The notes beneath the pieces were generated by a model. It did not search any database. It was not told the origin of the DNA and was given only the letters and a program-made list of their open reading frames with translations. This document shows positions 17,710 through 23,826 of a DNA stretch of 23,826 bases, in pieces. Position 1 is the first letter of the stretch; every line of letters begins with the position of its first letter. The DNA comes from an uncultured virus (IMG/VR IMGVR_UViG_3300044490_000560) (taxonomy: Duplodnaviria > Heunggongvirae > Uroviricota > Caudoviricetes): IMG/VR virus record IMGVR_UViG_3300044490_000560; one strand, 5' to 3'. A program made the translations under genes and the position numbers.

Positions 17710-18207
17710 TCACTCCTTTTTGTAGAAACCGGCCGCGCGCACCGCGGCGTTGATGCCGCCGGCCACGTTCCCGGCAGGGTAGCACACTTTCTCCTCGTCC
17801 ATGTCGAAAATCTTCGCGAACGGGCCACCGCCGCCCAGGCGCCGGGCGTAACAGAACCCGGCGTGGGCGGCCTCGTGCATCAGAATCGTGGCCCACAGGC
17901 GCGTGCGGACCAATCCGATCACGCAGAAGTACCGCCGATCGACGTACAGACGCTCCCGGCCGGTCGTCGGGTCGCTGCGAAAGATGGACAGGGCGTTCGC
18001 AGCACCCAGACAGTCATGCCCCAAGGCAACCTTCGACACCCGCGCCCGCCAGAACCGGCGCAGCGACTGCTTCGAGTCAAAGACCAGGAGCTTCGCACGC
18101 AGGCGCCCGCGACGCGAAGCCCGGATGTCACGCTCCAGGAGGACTCCCTTGCCGCCCCAAACGCGCGGCAGGGCCTTCGGCAACACACGGACCTGGTAGC
18201 GCTTCAT
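17710..18207 (-). CDS. HExxH zincin-like protein (165 aa)
   Basis: TILMHEAAHAG followed by DEEKVCY; ATG 18207 is ATGA-coupled. Confidence 0.7.
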   Translation of the reverse strand: MKRYQVRVLPKALPRVWGGKGVLLERDIRASRRGRLRAKLLVFDSKQSLRRFWRARVSKVALGHDCLGAANALSIFRSDPTTGRERLYVDRRYFCVIGLVRTRLWATILMHEAAHAGFCYARRLGGGGPFAKIFDMDEEKVCYPAGNVAGGINAAVRAAGFYKKE

Positions 18208-18608
18208 CCCGGGACCGCCAGACGCTTGCCGCATTCCGGGCAGAACGTGATTCTCGGCGCCCCGCCGATCCCGCACAGCCGCCAGACATTTCCCGTCAGC
18301 GGCGTCGGCGGGAACAGGACCCCGTCCCAGTGACGGCCGTCACACGTGTCGGGCTCGGCCAGCGGTTTGATAGCCGCGGCGGCCGGCAGGTGAGTCTCCG
18401 ACACCGCCACCCACACGTCCGGGATCCCCAGAAACGAGCTGCGCATACGCTGGGCGAGAATGCGACGTTCTTCGTCGATCGGCGACTTCTGCCCGACAAA
18501 CCAGCACAGATCGTTGGTCTTTTGATACCCGCAGCCGTCCGGACATTCGGCGAGAATGTCGTTAACGGTCAGAGGCTGATTGGCGGCATATACTGCACAA
18601 GTTGGCAT
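18204..18608 (-). CDS. Hypothetical protein with C-terminal ITFCPECGKRL zinc-ribbon motif (134 aa)
   Basis: AAAGGAG RBS before ATG 18608. Confidence 0.75.
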   Translation of the reverse strand: MPTCAVYAANQPLTVNDILAECPDGCGYQKTNDLCWFVGQKSPIDEERRILAQRMRSSFLGIPDVWVAVSETHLPAAAAIKPLAEPDTCDGRHWDGVLFPPTPLTGNVWRLCGIGGAPRITFCPECGKRLAVPG

Positions 18609-18637
18609 AGGTGCTCCTTTCGGGCTGTTGCCTTTTG

Positions 18638-18904
18638 TTAATGCCCTGCGCCGGCGCCTCCGGCGGGTCCGACACTCGTCAGGCCCGTATCGTATGGCTG
18701 GAGAAGCTCCCAAAACCGGTGTACCTCCCCCTCGTCCAGCTGAATCCGCATCACGATATGCGTCGGCTGACTGAGCCCGTCAACGCTGGAGGAGAGAACC
18801 CGGGCCTGGGTCTGACAGATCGCGTCCAGGAGCGCGAAGCTGGAGGCTTTCGTGAGCCGCCACGGGGTCTGTTCACCGATCGAGAGGACTACTGCGGTAG
18901 ACAT
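18638..18904 (-). CDS. Hypothetical protein (88 aa)
   Basis: AAAGG RBS; tiles with neighbouring minus-strand genes. Confidence 0.65.
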   Translation of the reverse strand: MSTAVVLSIGEQTPWRLTKASSFALLDAICQTQARVLSSSVDGLSQPTHIVMRIQLDEGEVHRFWELLQPYDTGLTSVGPAGGAGAGH

Positions 18905-18948
18905 TGCCTGCCTTTCTGTGTATCAGCCGTTACTCGGCCGCTCGGCAA

Positions 18949-19233
18949 TCATACGTACCCCATCTTCTCCAGGATGGCCAGAGCGACGCGCAGCTCTCCG
19001 TGAGAGATGTTGTCTTGAATACCCCGCCCAAAAGCAAAAGTGTCGCTGCACTCAACATCGGAGTACTGATCTCGGATCGTCCGCGCCTTCCTGACGAAGT
19101 CCAACAGGAGGGGCGACAGCTTGGTGACTGGAACCTCGGCCGGTTGGGCGGCGGCAGACGCGGGCGTCGAATCGCGACGGCGGGCCAGAATCTCGATCCG
19201 GTCCAAGATGACGTTCAGTTCATTCGGCTTCAT
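18949..19233 (-). CDS. Hypothetical protein (94 aa), first gene of the leftward arm
   Basis: Purine-rich RBS (GAAAGGAAAGAAAGGG) before ATG 19233, just downstream of a promoter-like site. Confidence 0.75.
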   Translation of the reverse strand: MKPNELNVILDRIEILARRRDSTPASAAAQPAEVPVTKLSPLLLDFVRKARTIRDQYSDVECSDTFAFGRGIQDNISHGELRVALAILEKMGYV

Positions 19234-19262
19234 GTGAGACCCTTTCTTTCCTTTCACCGCGC

Positions 19263-19291
19263 ATAGTACCACGCCGGCCCGCCCCGCGCAA
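19263..19291 (-). promoter_or_regulatory. Putative sigma70-type leftward promoter
   Basis: Minus strand TTGCGC-N17-TACTAT with TGG extended -10 and an A-rich stretch upstream. Confidence 0.65.
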
Positions 19292-19442
19292 CGACTATTT
19301 TCGGGCGAAGAGGGGGGGGGCCCGCCGGCCCGGCTCTTTAATCTTAGACGCCTGGTATCGTTGGCAAAGCCGGTGAAAAGTCTGCACGAAACGTACTTTC
19401 AGGAAAAAGGGTTCCTACTCTCTCTCGTCGTGACCCGAACAG

Positions 19443-19531
19443 CCCCACCCGCCCACCACGTATCGAGAAGAGAAAACACAGCCTTCTGCACACAACAACG
19501 TGTGTACAACAACTCACAGAGGAGACAGTCC
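19443..19531 (+). repeat. Cassette leader element, partial copy 0 (lacks the first hairpin)
   Basis: C-rich tract, gaaaacacagccttctgcacacaacaacgtgtgtacaacaa, then RBS; nearly identical to the 3' part of copy 1. Confidence 0.9.
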
Positions 19532-19999
19532 ATGAAGGACATGCTGTGCATCAACGCTGAGCAGTGTGGTGACGACGTGGTCATCGTGCATGATGGCGAC
19601 GTGCAGATCACTCTCATGAATGGCCAAAGCGTGACGCTCTTGGCCATCCACTGCACGGGAACGCTGCGGCTCCGCGCGATCCCCGGCCCCCACGACGCCC
19701 TCATCAACGTCCACGTGGAGGTTCAGTGCGGCGCACTGGTCCTAGAGAACAGCGTCTGGCTCGAAGTCTGGTCGCTCACCCTCCATTCGCCAATCCCGCC
19801 AGATTGGCGCGTCGAGATGGAGCGCATTCAGCAGGCCGGAGATGCGGCGGTGTTCATCCACCCGCCCGCCCCGCAGCAGCGCATCATGGTCGAGGACGCG
19901 CTCGTGCTGTCGCCCTGGCCGGTGCAGCTGCCGCCCAAGCCGTCCGATCCGTGCCCCGCTGTTCCGGAAGAGCGCGTGAACGACGCCGCGCCGTTCTGA
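19532..19999 (+). CDS. Cassette gene A, hypothetical protein (155 aa, MKDMLCINAEQCGDD...)
   Basis: GAGGAG RBS; paralog of gene B; ends NDAAPF. Confidence 0.85.
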   Translation: MKDMLCINAEQCGDDVVIVHDGDVQITLMNGQSVTLLAIHCTGTLRLRAIPGPHDALINVHVEVQCGALVLENSVWLEVWSLTLHSPIPPDWRVEMERIQQAGDAAVFIHPPAPQQRIMVEDALVLSPWPVQLPPKPSDPCPAVPEERVNDAAPF

Positions 20000-20015
20000 T
20001 CCACACATCCCATGC

Positions 20016-20154
20016 GCAGCCACGTCCGCAAGGGCGTGGCTGCCTTCGGCCTTTGACCTGACGAACCCCGCCCACCCACCACGTTTGGAAAAGGGAAAAC
20101 ACAGCCTTTTGCACACAACAACGTGTGTACAACAACTCACAGAGGAGACAGTCC
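20016..20154 (+). repeat. Cassette leader element, full copy 1 (139 bp)
   Basis: Hairpin GCAGCCACGTCC-GCAA-GGGCGTGGCTGC at 20016-20043, C-rich tract, AAACACA-N5-TTGC, hairpin TGCACAC-AACAAC-GTGTGTA, RBS. Confidence 0.95.
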
Positions 20155-20949
20155 ATGAAGGACATGCTGTGCATCAACGCTGAGCAGTGTGGTGACGACG
20201 TGGTCATCATCCATGATGGCGACGTGGAGATCAACCTCAGCACCGGGGCCACCCTGGTTCTCAAGGCCATCGTGTGCACAGGCACACTGCGGTTCCGCTC
20301 CCGCCACAGCGCGGAAGACAGCTACCTCGACGTGCTTCGCGACGTCACGTGCTACGCACTGGAGATGAGCGACAGCTCCCCGATGGCGATCAGCATCGGT
20401 GGGTCGCTCTGTCTGCACACTGCACTCCCGCGTGATTGGCGCGCCGATCCGTGTCGCTGTGAAGAGAGCGGTGATGCGGCGATGTTCATCACGCCGCCCA
20501 CGCCGCAGCAGCACATCCTGGTCGAGGGCACACTCACGCTGTCGCCCTGGGCGGTGCAGTTGCCTGCGCAGCTCGCGGGCCAACCTTGCCCGCACTGCTG
20601 CGCCCCGATCCAGGGCGACGGCATCTACACGCCGTTCCACTGCCCGCTCGTTCCTGTGCCGGATGGCGCGGCTGCTGACGCCGTCGTGCTCAACAGCTCC
20701 GAACGGTCGAGCGTGCAGGTTCGGCTCACTGGCAGCGGCTTCGTCTTCGAGTTCATCAAGCCGAACGGTGAGATCGCCGTATGCGTCTCGCTCGCCACGG
20801 TCCTGAACGGGCCGTCTCTCGCGATGATCGAGTCGCCGGATGCCATGCGCGATCTGTCGCAGGCTCTCACCGCCTGGTGCGCCCAAGCCGCCCACGAGGC
20901 GCAGCACACGAACCGCCAGTCGAACGACGCAGAGGAACTGCCGTTCTGA
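20155..20949 (+). CDS. Cassette gene B, hypothetical protein (264 aa): gene A-like domain, CPHC module, unique C-terminus
   Basis: GAGGAG RBS; first 18 codons identical to gene A; ends NDAEELPF. Confidence 0.85.
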   Translation: MKDMLCINAEQCGDDVVIIHDGDVEINLSTGATLVLKAIVCTGTLRFRSRHSAEDSYLDVLRDVTCYALEMSDSSPMAISIGGSLCLHTALPRDWRADPCRCEESGDAAMFITPPTPQQHILVEGTLTLSPWAVQLPAQLAGQPCPHCCAPIQGDGIYTPFHCPLVPVPDGAAADAVVLNSSERSSVQVRLTGSGFVFEFIKPNGEIAVCVSLATVLNGPSLAMIESPDAMRDLSQALTAWCAQAAHEAQHTNRQSNDAEELPF

Positions 20950-20957
20950 TCCCACGT

Positions 20958-21094
20958 GCAGCCACGTCCGCAAGGACGTGGCTGCCTTCAGCCTTTGACC
21001 TGACGAACCCCGCCCACCCACCACGTTTGGAGAAGGGAAAACACAGCCTTTTGCACACAACAACGTGTGTACAACAAGGAGAGGAGTCTGTCCT
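20958..21094 (+). repeat. Cassette leader element, full copy 2 (137 bp)
   Basis: Same element; near-identity with copy 3 continues into the coding sequence to 21180. Confidence 0.95.
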
Positions 21095-21589
21095 ATGAGT
21101 ACCAGTCTTGACAGCTGTCCGCACTGTGGTGGACACCTGATCGGTGATGGTCACACCGACGTCGTGCACTGCGAGAACGTGACGCCGTGCGGTAACGAGA
21201 AACCGGATGCGGCGCCGCTCGTCAAAGCCGTCCACCATACGCGGTGCTACACCTGCTTGCGATGGCACACCTGCCCGCCCTGCCTGCGCGGCACGCCGCA
21301 CGACGAGGATCCCGATCAGCCCCACTGCTATCGGGACATCCCGGCCGCGGCCCTGCCGAGCGCCTACCCGTGGTCGCCGAAACCGGATGCCAACCCCATC
21401 GCACCGCGCTCCTGCGAGGAGTGCAACCAGCGCCGGCAGGGGTGCAAGTGGCGTGGTGGGTTCATCAACGGAGTGCTCGTTCCGCCACCGCCGGAGAGCC
21501 TCTCATGCTTCCTCTGCGCCGAACGGGAGCAGTGCTTCTGCGCCGACGATCCGTACAACACGGACGGCGATTGCCTCGCCAGCAAGTAG
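21095..21589 (+). CDS. Cassette gene C, multi-CxxC (probable zinc-binding) protein (164 aa)
   Basis: GAGGAG RBS; MSTSLDSCPHCGGHLIGDGHTDVVHCENV; further CYTC, CPPC, CEEC and CFLC motifs. Confidence 0.85.
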   Translation: MSTSLDSCPHCGGHLIGDGHTDVVHCENVTPCGNEKPDAAPLVKAVHHTRCYTCLRWHTCPPCLRGTPHDEDPDQPHCYRDIPAAALPSAYPWSPKPDANPIAPRSCEECNQRRQGCKWRGGFINGVLVPPPPESLSCFLCAEREQCFCADDPYNTDGDCLASK

Positions 21590-21611
21590 GGCGTCAGCGC
21601 GTAAGGCCTCA

Positions 21612-21748
21612 GCAGCCACGTCCGCAAGGGCGTGGCTGCCTTCAGCCTTTGACCTGACGAACCCCGCCCACCCACCACGTTTGGAGAAGGGAAAACACAG
21701 CCTTTTGCACACAACAACGTGTGCACAACAAGGAGAGGAGTCTGTCCT
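21612..21748 (+). repeat. Cassette leader element, full copy 3 (137 bp)
   Basis: Two mismatches to copy 2 across the 223 bp compared (20958-21180 versus 21612-21834). Confidence 0.95.
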
Positions 21749-22432
21749 ATGAGTACCAGTCTTGACAGCTGTCCGCACTGTGGTGGACACCTGATCGGTG
21801 ATGGTCACACCGACGTCGTGCACTGCGAGAACGTAGAGCCACGCGGTGACGAGGAGCCGTATGCGGCGCCGCTCGTCAAGCCCGAGCACCACTCCCCGTG
21901 CTACTCGTGCTCCGAGCGGCCCGAGCCGCGCGGTACGCTTCCGATCTCGGCGCCCGCCGGGTCAGTCACACCCGCGCCCAAGCCCGAAGCGATTGAGCGT
22001 GAGCTGCACCGCCTCTTCGGCGTGTCCAGGCTTCAGGCCATCGCAGAAGGCTTCTGCGTGGATTGTCTGCAGCCGGCTGTGCGGTTCGCTGACGGTCTGT
22101 CGGTGCAAGAGTATGCCATCTCCGGGCTGTGCCAAGCGTGCCAGGACGCGGTCTTCTCGGAGTGCGCTTGCTGCGAGCACGCCGTTGAGCGGGAACTCCC
22201 ACTCGCCGAAGGCGCCGTGCCGTGCACACGCTGCGGCGAATGCTGTCGCGTGGCCTCCTGCGGGCATGCCCCGTACGACGAAGTCGCGAAGCGCTGCTCG
22301 GCGCTCGTTACCCTGGGCAGCGGGAGCACACGTTGCGCTCTCTACTCCCAGATCCTGCAGAAGCCGCCGATCGCCTGGCACATGTCGCCAGCCTTCGGGG
22401 CTGGGTGCTGCCGGCGCGCGGCACGTACGTAA
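21749..22432 (+). CDS. Cassette gene D, multi-module Cys-rich protein (227 aa)
   Basis: Same N-terminus as gene C; middle CVDC...EYAISGLCQACQD module; C-terminal CTRCGECC...C...C (CxxCxxCC/YkgJ-like) module. Confidence 0.85.
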   Translation: MSTSLDSCPHCGGHLIGDGHTDVVHCENVEPRGDEEPYAAPLVKPEHHSPCYSCSERPEPRGTLPISAPAGSVTPAPKPEAIERELHRLFGVSRLQAIAEGFCVDCLQPAVRFADGLSVQEYAISGLCQACQDAVFSECACCEHAVERELPLAEGAVPCTRCGECCRVASCGHAPYDEVAKRCSALVTLGSGSTRCALYSQILQKPPIAWHMSPAFGAGCCRRAART

Positions 22433-22448
22433 CTCACGTAACTCACGC

Positions 22449-22481
22449 GCAGCCACGTCCGCAAGGGCGTGGCTGCTTTTT
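22449..22481 (+). terminator. Intrinsic terminator; fourth copy of the GCAA hairpin
   Basis: GCAGCCACGTCC-GCAA-GGGCGTGGCTGC directly followed by TTTTT, 16 nt after the gene D stop. Confidence 0.8.
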
Positions 22482-22584
22482 CAGAGCCCGGACCGGACGC
22501 GCCCCATCCCAGCCCACCCACTGCCCGTCACATCACCACTGCCCGTTCATACCGTCTCGCCGTGCCCGCGCCACCCATGAGCAA

Positions 22585-22618
22585 AAACACACCCTCTTGC
22601 ACCGCCCGATGCGGTGCA
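22585..22618 (+). promoter_or_regulatory. Diverged leader motif: AAACACA-N5-TTGC plus hairpin
   Basis: AAACACA-CCCTC-TTGC, then stem TGCACCGC-CCGAT-GCGGTGCA, upstream of the 22699 gene. Confidence 0.55.
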
Positions 22619-22698
22619 CGGCGGCGTTCGGCGCGCAGACGCGTGCCAGACGTTACGACCGGCCGCAATTCGCGGCTGCGCCGTTGAGGAGTACTCCG

Positions 22699-23418
22699 AT
22701 GAATGCGAACCGTGTGACGTTCCTGCAGACGGCCGTGCTGACGAATCTGTTCGTCGAGCTGTTGCCCCGTAAGGTGTGGCGGCAGCTGGCGGCGGAGAAG
22801 AAGGCGCCGCGCATGTTCTACAGCGTCAAGGGCGATCTGATCGCTGGCGATCAGGTGGTCCATGCCGAGCTGGAGCTCAACGCGCTCGATCCCAAGGGCG
22901 CGCTGCAGGCCATCGGCATCGAGCGCCCCTCACTGCGCGACGGCAAGGTGCTGCACGTGCTGCCCACCGACGCCCGTTCCCACGCCATCGTGCTGGCGGT
23001 GGAGACGGTGACGGGGGCGGACGGCCAGCCCGAGATCCGCACGAAGGTGGATGCCAAGGGGCTTCCCGTGCCGATCGAAGCCGTGGCGCTGCCGGCCGAT
23101 GCCGTGAACGATCAGGGCGACGTGGTGCCGTGGAGCATCGCGCACTGCTGCAAGTACCGCGTGAGCATCGACGGCTCGAAGGCGCTGCAGCTCACGGACG
23201 TGCAGCTGTCCTACGCCGATGCGTTCACGAGCAGCGGCCACCCGTGCGCGAGCGTCGTGCCCAAGGGCGTCGCCGTCGTGGATGCCCCGGCGCGCATCGG
23301 TGCCAGCGGCGGTCCGGCGAACTTCTTCGCCCTGATCGGCGCGTCGGGCGGCTACCAGGCGGCGGCGCGCCGCACCGCGGCCGCGGCCCCGGCGACGATG
23401 GAGTCGTCTCCGGCGTGA
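22699..23418 (+). CDS. Hypothetical protein (239 aa, MNANRVTFLQTAVL...)
   Basis: GAGGAG RBS; strongly GC3-biased codons; beta-rich body with Ala-rich tail; no family recognised. Confidence 0.85.
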   Translation: MNANRVTFLQTAVLTNLFVELLPRKVWRQLAAEKKAPRMFYSVKGDLIAGDQVVHAELELNALDPKGALQAIGIERPSLRDGKVLHVLPTDARSHAIVLAVETVTGADGQPEIRTKVDAKGLPVPIEAVALPADAVNDQGDVVPWSIAHCCKYRVSIDGSKALQLTDVQLSYADAFTSSGHPCASVVPKGVAVVDAPARIGASGGPANFFALIGASGGYQAAARRTAAAAPATMESSPA

Positions 23419-23431
23419 TCGCACCAGTCGT

Positions 23432-23516
23432 CCCGCGCCCGCCCCCGGGGCGCGGGGTGGCGTCCGGTTCGAAACACATCCGTTTGCTCCGGCCACGCCC
23501 GCCCCGGCGTGGCCGG
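23432..23516 (+). other. Two GC-rich hairpins with similar C-rich loops
   Basis: CCCGCGCCC-GCCCCCG-GGGCGCGGG (23432-23456) and CCGGCCACGCC-CGCCCC-GGCGTGGCCGG (23489-23516); no U-tracts. Confidence 0.6.
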
Positions 23517-23826
23517 GGCCAATTCTAGGGGCGACCCGGGCGAGCGCCTGACACCATGGGAGCAACGCTACGACGCTCCCAGCGACCACAGCGCCCAAGA
23601 AACACAGCCTCTTGCCACGCCAGGCGAACAACCAGTAAATCGGAACGCCGACGCGTGTAGACCCCCGAGCCGCGCGCCCTGTCGACAGGGCCACCATAAG
23701 CGACTCAGCTACGTCACCCGCCCTGACACGACCGCCAAGGCCCTTGCTGGGACCGCGGGATCGACTGGACATCGTCACGTCGTGACGAAGAACTGACGAA
23801 GCAGGGGGCCCCGCCACGTGAGGAAA

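Noticed and set aside
153..19266. Long plus-strand ORFs in the left arm (e.g. 153..992, 7567..8691, 9219..11123, 11231..12568)
   Set aside because: Antisense shadows of GC3-biased minus-strand genes; Arg/His/Pro-rich, no recognisable motifs.
20090..20135. Sigma54 or sigma70 promoter within the repeat
   Set aside because: TTGC lacks the -24 GG; TTGCAC to TACAAC spacing is 13 nt and copy 3 changes TACAAC to CACAAC; the upstream TTGACC has no -10 at 16-18 nt.
14807..22432. Diversity-generating retroelement (TR/VR pairs)
   Set aside because: No reverse transcriptase; shared segments are N-terminal and their differences are not adenine-specific.
22427..22447. 9-bp tandem duplication acgtaactc at the gene D stop
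   Set aside because: Could be a slippage or recombination scar, but it is too short and is not seen at other cassette junctions.
19443..22481. CRISPR array
   Set aside because: Repeats are ~138 bp and the intervening units are ~470-800 bp genes; no cas genes are visible.
19443..22481. Canonical integron with attC sites
   Set aside because: No RYYYAAC...GTTRRRY-bounded long imperfect palindrome, no tyrosine recombinase in the window, and repeat identity extends into coding sequence.
23455..23485. tRNA suggested by GGTTCGAAAC
   Set aside because: Flanks (TCCGG / CACAT) do not form a T-stem and no cloverleaf is apparent.
19399..23817. Minus-strand ORFs in the right arm (e.g. 20137..21063, 22930..23817) and 23509..23796 on plus
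   Set aside because: Shadows of RBS-supported plus-strand genes, or low-complexity frames without a clear RBS.

Overview
High-GC tailed dsDNA phage or prophage segment with two divergent arms separated by a short intergenic region (~19234-19531). The left arm (minus strand, 19233 to the window edge) is a tightly coupled gene run. In transcription order it holds small accessory genes (an HExxH protein, a BPSL0761-like protein), signal-peptide proteins (one with a LamG domain), a putative non-canonical lysis cluster (small TM protein, lipoprotein, permuted NlpC/P60 hydrolase, TM protein), a metallophosphoesterase, a GroES-like co-chaperonin, the terminase large subunit, a 63-64-aa repeat protein, further secreted-looking proteins, and a probable portal protein. 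The portal runs off the left edge and is absent from the ORF track. The right arm (plus strand, ~19440-23826) is the most unusual part: an array of single-gene cassettes separated by a near-identical ~137-139 bp element (GCAA-tetraloop hairpin, C-rich tract, AAACACA-N5-TTGC motif, second hairpin, RBS). The cassette genes are Cys-rich mosaics with conserved N-termini and swapped C-termini. A PVC-superphylum host is my guess from protein style only. All product calls come from motif recognition by eye; no searches were run.
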